From Eledone cirrhosa (lineage: Eukaryota), in contig OZ024760.1 of the NCBI GenBank assembly GCA_964016885.1, positions 3,658,001 through 3,722,000 on the forward strand: a DNA stretch of 64,000 nucleotides, read 5' to 3'. The notes below the pieces were generated by a model, which was not told where the DNA came from, did no database searches, and worked only from the letters and a program-made list of their open reading frames with translations. The translations under genes were made by a program, and so were the position numbers. Shown one piece after another: positions 13,821-28,042 of this stretch; the stretch's first letter is position 1; each line of letters starts with the position of its first letter.

Positions 13821-14063
13821 TTTACTGGTTCCTATTACCCACTCTACTACCTCAAGTATTGAGTACTTTGGTGCGTTATGGTCCACCTGGTTCCTTACCA
13901 CATTTCCTTCGTTATATATATATATATATATATATTTGTATATATATATATATATTTGTATATAGGTATTGAAATTTCCGTTGGAAACAGAAAAGGTCAT
14001 AGAAATGAAGAGTGCTCTATGTAAGTATCAGAGCAAAATTTATATATAAATTTTGTATATATG

Positions 14064-14094
<31 letters not shown>

Positions 14095-14111
14095 GTATAT
14101 GTATATATATA

Positions 14112-14177
<66 letters not shown>

Positions 14178-14274
14178 TATTAAGGAACGATCGACTTTCG
14201 TCAAATCGGACCGAGGGAACAATGTTTCCGTTGGTCTTTCCAATTGCTAATACTAGCTATCGGTCGCAACTCCA

Positions 14275-14400
14275 AGTAGAAGGAGCAACGTGAAATAAAG
14301 TGTCTTGCTCAAGGACATAACGCATCACCTGGTCCAGGAATCGAACTCACAACCTTAGGATTGCGAATCCAATTCTCTAACCACTCAGCCACACGCCTTC
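14275..14400 (-). mobile_element. Second tRNA-derived SINE family (head region)
   Basis: Minus strand A box TGGCTGAGTGG and B box GTTCGATTCC; related copy at ~22700-22945. Confidence 0.75.
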
Positions 14401-14406
14401 ACTAAA

Positions 14407-14447
<41 letters not shown>

Positions 14448-14562
14448 GTATATATATGTATATATATATGTATATATACATATATGTATATATATATATG
14501 TATATATATATGTATGTATATATATGTATATATATATGTATATATATATGTATATATATATG

Positions 14563-14595
<33 letters not shown>

Positions 14596-14640
14596 GTATA
14601 TATATATGTATATATATATATGTATATATATATGTATATT

Positions 14641-14671
<31 letters not shown>

Positions 14672-14994
14672 GTATATATATATGAATATCTCCTTTTATT
14701 AATATATATATATATATATATGTATGTATATGTGTGTGTGTGCATATATGTATATATATATATATACGTGTATATATATACATGTATATATATATACGTG
14801 TATAAATATGCGTGTATATATATATATACGTGTATATATATATATATATACGTGTATATATATATATACGTGTATATATATATATATACATGTATATATA
14901 TATATACGTATATATATATATACGTATATATATATATACGTTTATATATATACGTTTATATATATACGTATATATATATGTATATATATATACG

Positions 14995-15042
<48 letters not shown>

Positions 15043-15177
15043 TATACACATAAATATATATATACATATATATATACACATATATATATATATATATTCA
15101 TATATATATACATATATATATATACATATATATATATACATATATATATACATATATATATATACATATATATATAC

Positions 15178-15208
<31 letters not shown>

Positions 15209-15266
15209 CATATATATATACATATATATACATATATATATATACATACATATACATATATATACA

Positions 15267-15347
<81 letters not shown>

Positions 15348-15352
15348 GTATA

Positions 15353-15812
15353 TACGATATTAAATAAATGGAAACTATATTTATAAAACCATATTTATTT
15401 CATTATATATATTTCAGGGATATCATATTAACAATATGCTATGCCTTCCTCAGACAAAATACAATATAGACAGTTTTATAGATAAATAGATTTGACATAC
15501 CGTTCAACATCGACTTGTATTTGAAAAGTTGATTTGATCTGCCAAATCAACTTTTCAAATACAAGTCGATGTTGAACGGTATGTCAAATCTATTTATCTA
15601 TAAAACTGTCTATATTGTATTTTGTCTGAGGAAGGCATAGCATATTGTTAATATGATATCCCTGAAATATATATAATGAAATAAATATGGTTTTATAAAT
15701 ATAGTTTCCATTTATTTAATATCGTAAATATACTCCAAATACTTGTCGAGTGCTTTTATATCAGTTATAAATATTTACTAGTTGTAACCCAACAATTTAA
15801 ATATAACTTTCC
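15353..15812. mobile_element. Foldback insertion of HHR family B element (184-bp arms, 6-nt spacer, plus unpaired 3' extension)
   Basis: 15353-15536 is the reverse complement of 15543-15726; spacer ATCTGC; each arm holds an HHR. Confidence 0.9.
15620..15681 (+). ncRNA. Type I hammerhead (family B); mirror copy on minus strand 15398-15459
   Basis: ttttgt-CTGAGGA-aggcatagcatatt gtt aatatgatatccct-GAAA-tatata-TA-atgaaa. Confidence 0.72.
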
Positions 15813-15869
15813 ATATATATGTATATATATATATATGTATATATATATATGTATGTATATATATATATG

Positions 15870-15900
<31 letters not shown>

Positions 15901-15957
15901 GTATATATATATGTATATATATATATATGTGTATATATATGTATATATATGTATATA

Positions 15958-16012
<55 letters not shown>

Positions 16013-16311
16013 GTATATATATATATATGTATATATATATGTATATATATATATGTATATATATATATATGTATATATATATATGTATATATATATATAT
16101 GTATATATATATATGTATATATATATGTATATATATATATGTATATATATGTATATATATATATGTATATATATATATATGTATATATGTATATATATAT
16201 ATGTATATATATATATGTATATATATATGTATATATATATATGTATATATATATGTATATATATATATGTATATATGTATATGTATATATATATATGAAT
16301 ATGTCCTTTTA

Positions 16312-16362
<51 letters not shown>

Positions 16363-16699
16363 ATGTGTGTGTGTGTGTGTGCATATATGCATAACATACA
16401 GTGATGAGAAAAACAGTTTGGAGTTAGTTGGATTGGGAAAGTGTGGTGTAGACAACCTAGCCCCTCCCCACCACCACCACCACCACCCACTGGAAATAGG
16501 GGACACAAGCCTCCTGTGTATTCCATCCTCCTTTTCCACTATTTTATATAATATCATGATATAACCTCTGTTGACATTATGTATGTTATATACATATATG
16601 GGTGTATATGTGTATAATATAATATATATATATGTGTGTGTGTGTGTGCGTGTGTGTGTGTGTGTGCGCGCGTGTGTGTAATGTAGATGTATATGTATT

Positions 16700-16780
<81 letters not shown>

Positions 16781-16894
16781 GAATATGCATATATATGTAC
16801 AATATATATATTATACATGTATATATAATAGGTGAATTCCCGATGTTATATCCAAACTTGGTAGAGCACTTAGTCCAAAGGAGTTGAAAATCCA

Positions 16895-16943
<49 letters not shown>

Positions 16944-17113
16944 TTATTTAATAATGTCTCATATAAAATAATACAACCAATTATCCACGAAATACTGATT
17001 AGTTAGCACCCCAAACACTAAATTGGGATAATACTTAAGTATATCCTAATGTTTGTTGAGTGAGATGGAGTTGGTTGGAGTATCGCTTAAGGCTTTCTTT
17101 GTTTATGTATTGA

Positions 17114-17148
<35 letters not shown>

Positions 17149-17536
17149 TAAATACAATATGTATGTTTAATATATTATGTATATACGTATCGTATATTTT
17201 TGCATTATTTGCATATATTTATAGCTACTATATATTTATTACACACACACACAATGTAATCATAACAGTTGTGTTGTATTTATATATACAAGTCGTGTAT
17301 TGTCACTTAATATGAGGCTTCAAAAATATTTTTCTTAATTGACTTCAATTAATTATCACATAGAAATGAAATGTCAGAGCGTTTGGTTCTGTGACATTTT
17401 TTCTCAGACATTTTTTTATCGTTGAATCAAATCGCAACCTCCCACAAAAAATGTAATAAGGAGACTTTCTTTTTTTTTACTGTTTGATAAAATAATTTAA
17501 TAATCATTAACAATTGTGTCAACAATTCTTACGTGT

Positions 17537-17641
<105 letters not shown>

Positions 17642-17718
17642 TATATGTTTATGTAAATATATATATATATATACATATATATATGTTTATGTATGTATGT
17701 ATATATATATATATATAT

Positions 17719-17765
<47 letters not shown>

Positions 17766-17903
17766 TATATATATATATGTTTATATATATGTATATATAT
17801 ATATATATATGTTTATATATATGTATATATATATGTATGGTTATATATATATGTATATATATATGTTTATATATATATATATATATATATATATGTTTAT
17901 ATA

Positions 17904-17959
<56 letters not shown>

Positions 17960-18028
17960 CATATATATATATATATATGTTTATATATATATATATATAT
18001 ATATATATGGTTATATATATATATATAT

Positions 18029-18065
<37 letters not shown>

Positions 18066-18110
18066 TATATATATATATATATATATATATGTTTATATAT
18101 ATATATATAT

Positions 18111-18144
<34 letters not shown>

Positions 18145-18186
18145 GTTTATATATATATATATATGTTTATATATATATATATATAT

Positions 18187-18221
<35 letters not shown>

Positions 18222-18458
18222 TATATATATATATATATATATGTTTATATATATATATATATGTTTATATATGTTTATATATATATATATATGTTTATAT
18301 ATATATATATATATGTTTATATATATATATATATGTTTATATATGTTTATATATATATATGTTTATGTTTATATATATATATATATATGTTTATATATAT
18401 ATATATATATGTTTATATATATATGTTTATATATATGTTTATATATATATATATATAT

Positions 18459-18494
<36 letters not shown>

Positions 18495-18506
18495 GTTTAT
18501 ATATAT

Positions 18507-18554
<48 letters not shown>

Positions 18555-18595
18555 AAAATAGGTCTGTATAATATATTATGTAAATATATTTCAAG

Positions 18596-18662
18596 GAGCA
18601 GATTTTCAACCCGTGTACTGCTGTGGGTTGAAAATCTGCTCGGTGAAACGCGGGTCCTCGAG
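18596..18662 (+). ncRNA. Perfect 17-bp hairpin followed by GAAA...TC (truncated hammerhead candidate)
   Basis: GAGCAGATTTTCAACCC / GGGTTGAAAATCTGCTC then ggt-GAAA-cgcggg-TC; no CTGANGA upstream. Confidence 0.4.
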
Positions 18663-18769
18663 TATGGTTTGCCAATTTATTGTGGAACTAACTCTACTAT
18701 ACCGAACTCGGTCTCTCGACTGAGTACTCAACTTACTACAAATATAACCTCCCGTTTTTTCTACCTCTG

Positions 18770-18800
<31 letters not shown>

Positions 18801-18811
18801 GTACATATATA

Positions 18812-19093
18812 AGCAGAAGGGATATTTAATTCGTTGGTAATTCAACAAATATAAATGTTTATAACTGATTCAGAGCACTCGACAAGATTTCTGGAGTATA
18901 ATATCCAATGATATTAAATAAATGGAAACTATATTTATAAAACCATATTTATTCTATTATATATATTGCAAGGGTACCAAAACTTTGGTATTTTATCTAA
19001 TGATAACGTGCCAAAGTTTTGGTACCCTTGAAATATATATAATAGAATAAATATGGTTTTATAAATATAGTTTTCATTTATTTAATATCATTG
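18812..19093. mobile_element. Foldback insertion of HHR family B element (83-bp arms, 22-nt spacer)
   Basis: 18906-18988 versus 19011-19093 inverted with 2 mismatches; HHR variant CTAATGA...GAAA-tatata-TA at ~18991-19047. Confidence 0.85.
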
Positions 19094-19100
19094 AGTATGT

Positions 19101-19233
<133 letters not shown>

Positions 19234-19388
19234 TCCGTGTGTTTCGTAGTGTTTGCGAGGGTGGGCAGAAACCAAACTTACCGTTTTTATTAATTCAATT
19301 AAAAAATTGTTTTGTGACATTTTGGACAACTGCAAAAGAACCCGTGTGAATATAGCCATATGTATGTGTTTCTATGTGTATATAACTA

Positions 19389-19434
<46 letters not shown>

Positions 19435-19441
<7 letters not shown>

Positions 19442-19696
19442 ACTAGAAATTGATTGACATATATATATAGCTAAAATAAACATATGAAACAATCACAGGG
19501 AATAATTTGCAAAAGTGTGTAATCCCATAGCTATGTAGGTAACTAATTAAAGTTTAACTAGAACTTTAAAAATAGATACCTTATAAATGGATTAATCTTC
19601 CTTGTATATATTTCATTAAAGAAATATATTTCACCATCAATCTTTCGGTAAACCATAGATATATATATATATGTCAATCAATTTCTAGTTGATATA
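19435..19696. mobile_element. Short element with ~35-bp terminal inverted repeats in (TA)n (family E)
   Basis: TATATCAACTAGAAATTGATTGACATATA at left, reverse complement at 19659-19696; body homologous to 44410-44545 on minus strand. Confidence 0.65.
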
Positions 19697-19933
19697 AAAT
19701 GCTCGGATCTATTCATTGGAATCTTGGTGCATATTCTACAGTGGATATGGCGCATGTCTCTCTGACATGACACCCTTAAATTAATTTAATTTAATTTTAA
19801 ATATATATATATATGTGTATGTGAGTGTGTGTGTACATACATATATATATATGCATTTACATACATATGTATATATATATGTGTATATATACATATAGTT
19901 TTATATATATATATATGCTTTCATATACATCTT

Positions 19934-19987
<54 letters not shown>

Positions 19988-21214
19988 TGAATATATTATA
20001 TGCATATATTGATATGTACATACTCTGGTAAATATACATTCCACTTACACATACGTGCATAACATACAGTCATCAACACACCCACAAAGATACACACACG
20101 CACACCCATATGACTAGGAAAACGCAACACACATTACATGGATGCGCACACACTAGTGAACGTACACACACACACACTAGTGTACATACATACACACACA
20201 CACCAACACCTCAACCCCCGCCCCCATTGACACAATACTGACATGCAAACACACCCCTCCCACCAGCTTTTACCCTTAGATATATTCGTGTGTGTGTACG
20301 TATGTGTATGTGCGTGTATTCCCTCTATCTCTTACCATTTCTCTAGTCTTAACCCTTTCTCTCTCTCTTCTATCTCTCTATTTTTTCATTCTCCTCCATT
20401 TAACACACACACACACACACACAGCTATTATCAGTACTACCACCACCACCACTACCCACCTCTGCTGTTCACTCACTCACTCTCTCTCTCTCTTTCTCCC
20501 CCTTTCTATACCTGTATGTTTCTACCACCACCCCTCACAACCACCTCTACCCCGTTCTCACTACTATACCCCCCCCCCCTATTCTCCACCCTCTACCTGT
20601 ATATTTCTCCTGCTATTATGACTGCATCTCCTCTTCCTACTCCTATCCCCCCCCCGCAATTTCTTCTTCTTTTTCTCCTATTCTATCTACTCCCCCTATC
20701 ACTCCCTCTCTACCTGTTTCCTCTCCTCCTCTTCTCCCCTTCCTCCCACCACCAGTCATTTTCAAAGTCAGTCGTTCCAACTATGATGTTCTTGGCCTAT
20801 ATTTAGCAGGTCAAAATACGGTCAAAGCGTGTGTGTCAGACTTCTGCACATGTGTGTTTGTTTTGCGTGCGTTACTTTTGTGTATGCGTGTGTATGTGGC
20901 TTCGACTTCTGCTTCTTGTGCTGTATATGTGTGTGTGTGTATGACGTTTATTGTTGCATATGTGAGTTTTATACAGCGTTTTGTGTGTATGTAAGTGCTT
21001 GTTGTAGTGTGTGTGTGTAGTGTATGTTGGGGTGTGTGTTTCTATGTATGTGTCACAGTCAATTGTTGTTTTTTTGGGGGGGTTTCTTCATTTTTTTTAG
21101 CATTTTTTTTTTGTGAAAAAACAACTAGATAGATGGCTATATATAATTAGATAGATAGATAGGAGAAAGAGGAAGATATATATATATATATGAGAGAGAG
21201 AGAGGATAGTAAGG

Positions 21215-21249
<35 letters not shown>

Positions 21250-21259
21250 GATAGTAAGG

Positions 21260-21293
<34 letters not shown>

Positions 21294-21330
21294 TGGATAT
21301 ATATATATAGATATATTTCTCTCTCTTCTA

Positions 21331-21362
<32 letters not shown>

Positions 21363-22166
21363 TAAAGAGAAAGCTATCTATATATATCCATCTCTCTCAT
21401 ATATATATACAGAGAGAGAGAGAGAGAGAAGAAAAAAGATAGTGAGATGAACAGATAGGAGATAGAAAGTGAGAAAGATAGAGTGAAGAAAACTAATGAC
21501 ACAAGACAGAGTGTGGGGAAGAAAAAAGATATATATATAGAGAGAGAGAGAGGGGGGATAGATAGATGGATAAAGAAACGAAGGTGGGGGGGGGGGCAGG
21601 AAAGTAAGTGGGTTTGGGGTGAGATAGAGATGTGGTTCAGTCGCAATCGTGTAGTATTATGTAGTATCATAATGTGTGGGAGTAGGTGGAGGTGATATAG
21701 TAGAGTGATGTTTGGAGAGTGGGGTGATGTATATAAAAGAAAGGAAGAGAAATCAATAGAGGGCTGGTAAGAGAGAGAGGGAGAAGGATTATTATATTAC
21801 ATGGAGGTGGAGTGGGTTAATGGAGAGATGGGCGTGTAACAGAGTGATGATGTAGCTTGAGTATGTGAGGTAATGTGGCAAAATAGACTGGATATACTCA
21901 CACTCACATGTACACACACACACACACACACGCACACACACACACACATATAATCCTGAGAGGACTCGATAGAGTTAATGTGTGTGTGTATATATATATA
22001 TATATATAGAGAGAGACATATACTTGTGTGTGTATGTATGTATATGCAATAATATGTATAAAACCTTAAAGCGAATATTTATTATGAGAACAGATTATAG
22101 TTTAAGCAAATAGTGTTTACTTAATTAAACTTTTAATCTATCCCAATATATATCCAATATATATAT

Positions 22167-22239
<73 letters not shown>

Positions 22240-22428
22240 AATATATGTATATATAAGTAAAACAATATATATATATAAAACCACGCACCTGTTAACTTTC
22301 ACTACGATTTTTTTAAATATTACTAATCCATTTATCAGTTGGTTTACTAACCGGGTGGTTATTTTAACCGTCGAACTTCTATAGGACCTGCTTCGTTTTG
22401 AAGAGGAGACACAGAGCGCCAGCATAGT

Positions 22429-22472
22429 AGTCATTGAGAAGGTGACAGAATGTGTGACGAAAGAATTGTAAC
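22429..22472 (+). ncRNA. Degenerate copy of family D hammerhead / PLE pLTR remnant
   Basis: AGTCATTGAGAAGGTGACAGAATGTGTGACGAAAGAATTG aligns by eye with 57244-57288. Confidence 0.5.
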
Positions 22473-22699
22473 CATCCGGTTACTAAATCAACCAATGATT
22501 GGATTAGTTGATTAATAAAAAGGCTGAAAGTGAGTTTTACCCGGTGGTATTTCCTAAGGGTAGTATGCGTTTTGTGTGTGTTCCATGCCAAATACGTAAT
22601 GGGGTCGTTGTTGCTGCAGATAATTACTTTGTATAAACTACATAACACGACAACTACAGCTTGATGACATCCGTCATCCTAAAAGGTCTAAAGTCTGCC

Positions 22700-22945
22700 A
22701 CAAGTCCAGAGGCTCACCAGGCTGGTGTTCAACCCAGTTTCTGTGGCATTTAGCGACTGAGAGTCCTGACTAGGACGGCAGTAAATCGCAGAGTTAAACC
22801 CTCAGCTATTACTGGTACACTCATTTTCAGCCGAGTATACTGGAGCAACGTGAAATGAAGTGTTTTGCTCAAGAACACAACACATCGAATTCATGACATT
22901 AAGATCATAAGTTCAACTCCCTTACCACTAGGTCGCGAGCCTCCA
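22700..22945 (-). mobile_element. tRNA-derived SINE (second family), degenerate
   Basis: GGAGCAACGTGAAATGAAGTGTTTTGCTCAAGAACACAAC shared with 14282-14320. Confidence 0.7.
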
Positions 22946-23244
22946 CGTCCGTCATCCTCATACCATTAATTGGTGCATGTCGGTGTTTGGTTTACCGGTA
23001 AGCGGTGACATAGTTAGAAAGAAGTGCGTGGTTTAACTCTTCTTCCTTGTGCCGACTGGATCTAGTAATAGGAGTCGATTGTAGGTGTATGGTTTAATCT
23101 GGATATATAAGGATAAGGACAAAGATCCCTTAACTCCTTGTGGAGTCGTAGAAGCACCACCATACGGTGCGTCTAGGACACTTTAAAATCTGGCGGAGCT
23201 CAACCATCTCCAAGTTTAAACACAGCCAATTTGTTTCTATAGAG

Positions 23245-23395
23245 GAAGAATCGACCCCAGTACTGGACTGGCACTTTTTCTATTGACCTCGAAAGGATGA
23301 AAGGCAAAGTTGACCACGGCGGGATTTGAACTCAGGGCGTGCAAAGAGGTGGGACGAATACCGTAAAGCATTCTATCTGACGTCTTAACGACTCT
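23245..23395 (-). mobile_element. tRNA-derived SINE (major family)
   Basis: GAAAGGATGAAAGGCAAAGTTGACCACGGCGGGATTTGAACTCAG. Confidence 0.8.
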
Positions 23396-24067
23396 GAACA
23401 TAGGTTAAGGCAATTGACAGTCTTACACTGACACACATTGGTTATTGTTGACCTTAAAAGTATGGAAGGATATCAGAGATACAATCGAGAACGTCTATTC
23501 CGTATTATACATATATACATACAATCCTCATTCTCAACACATTCGTTGATCTGTTCCGCAAGATCTCACGCAAACAATGTCGAATATATGTAAAAAAAGG
23601 TGTGGGAGAACACTCTCTGGCTTGGAGGAGGGTCTCGGGTAGTGACAGAATGGAGAAAATATTGCTTTGGAGGAGGACGTGGGAGAGACATTGAAAAAGC
23701 CACCCAACTTGTGTGGCACAGTCCTGCGAGTAACTCCATCCCACTAGTAGTGTGTAGGGAGGTGGCCAGGAGACCCAGAATGCCGGAGGTCTCCGAGGTT
23801 ATAGGTTCAACAAGAAATCTATCTATTAGAAAGCGGCTGATACTTCAACAAGATTGCGATCTTCAGCCCTGTCGGACAACGAAGCTTGGCTATGACGCCG
23901 AATGCACTAGATTGTCGCAGCATGTTGTGACCCAGATGAATGGCTTACCACCACGGAACGCGAAGATCGTGATGTCATCTAGCCTTCTGCCGAGCCCCGA
24001 TCCAACTCAACCGGCGCCTGAACCATGCTATCTCGTTGTTTCACATTTAATCTTTACATTCAATAAT

Positions 24068-24283
24068 CATTTCTACTGTAGGCACAAGGCCAGCAATTTA
24101 GGGAGAGGAGAAGTCGATTAAATCGACCCCAGTGCATTACTGGTGCTTTATTTTATCGACCCCGTAAGGATGAAAGTCAAAGCTAACCTCGGCGGGATTT
24201 GAACTCAGACCGTAAAGGACCGTAACTCTATGCTGTAAAGTATGGTGTCCGACGCTCTACCGATACTGCCAATCCACCGCCCT
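24068..24283 (-). mobile_element. Full-length tRNA-derived SINE with 10-bp TSD
   Basis: A box TGGCAGTATCGG and B box GTTCAAATCC on minus strand; TSD ATTCAATAAT at 24058-24067 and 24284-24293. Confidence 0.9.
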
Positions 24284-24381
24284 ATTCAATAATGAAAGTA
24301 TTTAAAGGAGGGAAATTCTTATATTTCTACATTTGGCACAAGGCCAGCAATTATTCCAATATATTCATTTATATATATATA

Positions 24382-24412
<31 letters not shown>

Positions 24413-24433
24413 GTATGTGATACTAATACATAC

Positions 24434-24490
<57 letters not shown>

Positions 24491-24496
24491 CATATT

Positions 24497-24528
<32 letters not shown>

Positions 24529-24597
24529 CATATATATATATATATATATTAAGAGAGTAAAACAAAGAAGCCTTTAATACATCATAAGTTTTTATTA

Positions 24598-24635
24598 GCC
24601 GACAATGTTTCGTCCTATTAAGGACTCATCAGGGC
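24598..24635 (-). ncRNA. Canonical type I hammerhead ribozyme
   Basis: Minus strand: gcc-CTGATGA-gtcc ttaata ggac-GAAA-c att g-TC-ggc; all core nucleotides canonical, GUC cleavage triplet. Confidence 0.88.
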
Positions 24636-25490
24636 AATTAAAACAACAACAAGTAATATCGGCAGATACAAGCCGGAAGCTCCGAAGAATATGGAGTGTA
24701 CATACACTAAAGTCTTGCAAAAATATATAATGAGAATAACTAAGGATGTATATAACATTAAGAACCATATTACAAATATAGTCCAAAGCAAATAACCTAA
24801 AGCTAAACAAAGGTGGTTATATAGAGCAGGAATTATATATAACACAATGTAATATAATATAATACATTATAATAATATACCTTTACCAACATTAAAATTA
24901 CAATAAAAAGGTACAATATGTACATGTATATATGTGCGCACACGCACACACACACACACATACAACAATACGCACATCTATCTTCAACTACACAAATTAA
25001 ACCTTATTAGGAGTTTGAATATATATATATATATATGTATTAGTGTCACCGAGTGAGAGGGGGCGGGGCAGTAGTATTAAAGATAACTCGATATATAGCA
25101 GAAGGTAGACTGGTAGTAGATATTGTTAGATATGTATAGATAATACAAGGGTTAATAATACTATAAGCATGCACCACCACCTCCACCACCACCACCACAT
25201 CCAACACCCCCACCATGACTACCACAACGAGATCCCTATCATCTGTGACAAGTCACTTTCCTTCCCAGAAACTCAGGTAGCCATGCCCCCCCCCCCTCTA
25301 TCACACACACACACACACACACACACAAGGTGAGCTGAACGATGCAAAATTCTCACACACACATACATGTATATATGTTCACGGACGCGAATACTAGACA
25401 AATCGAATGACTGGTTTTCGAATTAACTCTTAACAGCTGTAAAATATGTGGCTTAGTCTAAATATTATCTACAGCATTACAGCATATACA

Positions 25491-25583
<93 letters not shown>

Positions 25584-25620
25584 TGAACATATACATAAAG
25601 ATATGTAAGACCATATATGT

Positions 25621-25732
25621 ATAATTGTTTCTACTTTAGGCACAAGGCCAGCAATTACCCAGTGCATTACTGGTACTTTATTTTATCGACCCCGTAAGGA
25701 TGAAAGGCAAAGTCAACCTCGGCGGGATTTGA
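25621..25732 (-). mobile_element. 5'-truncated tRNA-derived SINE
   Basis: Near-identical to 3316-3423. Confidence 0.88.
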
Positions 25733-25986
25733 CTATATATGTATAATTTGACCATATATGTATAATGCATGTTCGTTTGTTTGATGACCGGCAAATACAG
25801 GGCCTTTGAGAAGGGTTCCAGTCGGTACTTTGTTCCGGGGCCCAAGATCTAAGAAAGCCCCCACAGCAACGATGCAACATCCATATTGTGATAAATCTTT
25901 GCCTGCTTCGGGCTCCAAAGGGGTCTTGTACCGCTTTGCAAAATTATTCTTGGAAGCCCTGAGCATACGTATGTTTGCCAGTGCAT

Positions 25987-26056
<70 letters not shown>

Positions 26057-26209
26057 TTTGTTATTTATTCTCTTTCTTGATTTACTACTTTAAATTAAGT
26101 CTGGCAAACCATATTGTTAGAGTTAGTATTTTTTCACCCTAGCAAACCTGGTCCTTTACAATTCGAACACATGTATGTTTATATTTGTGTTTATCTCTCT
26201 TGTATGTTC

Positions 26210-26268
<59 letters not shown>

Positions 26269-26280
<12 letters not shown>

Positions 26281-26679
26281 TAAACGGAATAGAAAATGCT
26301 GACAAATTGTTCACAGTTGAAAAATGGTTTAATTAGGAATAAAAGAGTATTAGTGATTGTATGGGTTAGTATTCAGTTGTGGTTTTAAGTTTTTAAGTTT
26401 TTACCGGTTGCGCATTTCTAAATGCTTTTCAAAAATAATTTTGAGATAGAGTGTCCGTGCTGTTTGCTCTGATCAGCAGAGCAAACAGCACGGACACTCT
26501 ATCTCAAAATTATTTTTGAAAAGCATTTAGAAATGCGCAACCGGTAAAAACTTAAAAACTTAAAACCACAACTGAATACTAACCCATACAATCACTAATA
26601 CTCTTTTATTCCTAATTAAACCATTTTTCAACTGTGAACAATTTGTCAGCATTTTCTATTCCGTTTACCAATATATAAT
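26269..26679. repeat. Perfect foldback, 203-bp arms, 5-nt spacer; likely head-to-head PLE 3'-end fragment
   Basis: 26269-26471 is the reverse complement of 26477-26679; outward-reading arm translates ...LKNLKPQLNT, similar to PLE endonuclease C-termini here ([17 protein letters not shown]). Confidence 0.85.
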
Positions 26680-26983
26680 AACTTGTGTGTTACACCTCTA
26701 TTCTTTTAACTATATATATATATAGGGAGTGTAATATATATGTATAGGTCTCAACCTTAAATAGCCGAAACCACGAGGACCTCCAGCGGTCGACTGATGA
26801 CAAAGGACTGTCCAGTGTTTCGTCCGTTGTATTTGCCCACCTTTTTTTTCTTATTCATTTCGTATGATCTTAGCGACGCGGGACACTTTTTCAAATTGTT
26901 ATGTGTGTATGGACACACACAACTTTCGTATCGCGGTAGGCGCAAGCATTGATTAATTTTATGAATAGAGAAAACTTGAATTT

Positions 26984-27044
<61 letters not shown>

Positions 27045-27046
<2 letters not shown>

Positions 27047-27492
27047 AAAGTTCAATTTAAATTGTTGGGATACAACAAGCAAATATTTTTATAGCTGATA
27101 TAAAGCAGTCAACAAATAATTGGAGTAAAAATACGATATCAACAAATGGAAACTATATTTATAAAACCATATTTATTTCATTATACATATTTCAAGGACA
27201 CCAAGTTAAATTATGGTGTGCTTTCATCAGATAAAATATAATATAGAGCAGTTTTATAAATAAATATTGACATACCCTTAAAGAATGCAACCATTACTGT
27301 TGGAAGCTCCCGGGAGCTTCCAACAGTAATGGTTGCATTCTTTAAGGGTATGTCAATATTTATTTATAAAACTGCTCTATATTATATTTTATCTGATGAA
27401 AGCACACCATAATTTAACTTGGTGTCCTTGAAATATGTATAATGAAATAAATATGGTTTTATAAATATAGTTTCCATTTGTTAATATCGTAT
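27045..27492. mobile_element. Foldback insertion of HHR family B element (181-bp arms, no spacer)
   Basis: Palindrome 27131-27492 centred on CTCCC|GGGAG (27311/27312), one mismatch; unpaired extension 27045-27130. Confidence 0.9.
27387..27447 (+). ncRNA. Type I hammerhead (family B); mirror copy on minus strand 27176-27236
   Basis: ttttat-CTGATGA-aagcacacc ataatttaactt ggtgtcctt-GAAA-tatgta-TA-atgaaa. Confidence 0.8.
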
Positions 27493-27748
27493 ATATATAT
27501 ATATATATATTTATTCTACTTTTACAACTTTCTTACTATTACTGCAGATAATTCAATGTCATTCCTCTCTCTACCTAGTTTCTCTTTACCCCCCCCCCCT
27601 CACTTTTTATGTATCTATATATACCCAGATATATTTATAGATATTCTCTGCAATGTCAATTGTATTCATTCAAGTTTTGCAATAAATACAAACCTACAGA
27701 GGCTTCTTTATAACTGTAGTAGTAGTAGTAGTGGTGGTAGCAGTAGTA

Positions 27749-27779
<31 letters not shown>

Positions 27780-28001
27780 CAGTAGTAGTAGTAGTAGTAG
27801 TGCTGGTGGTGGTGGTAGTAGTAGTATTTACACATACACACACACACATGTATGTATATATATATATATATATATATATACACCTTTCTTCTATGTGAAG
27901 CTGTCAGAAATAATCAATGTTTATAGCAAACTTAATTCGTCCAAAATATCGACAATGACAAACTATGCTACACGTCCTATGTGTGTGTGTAGTGTGTGTG
28001 G

Positions 28002-28042
<41 letters not shown>

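Noticed and set aside
23600-24050. 173-aa ORF, or decayed LINE endonuclease on the minus strand
   Set aside because: No recognisable motif with confidence; ORF runs into a SINE.
26762-26825. Possible type II hammerhead (GAAA...CTGATGA)
   Set aside because: No UH at the cleavage position and stems I and II do not pair convincingly.
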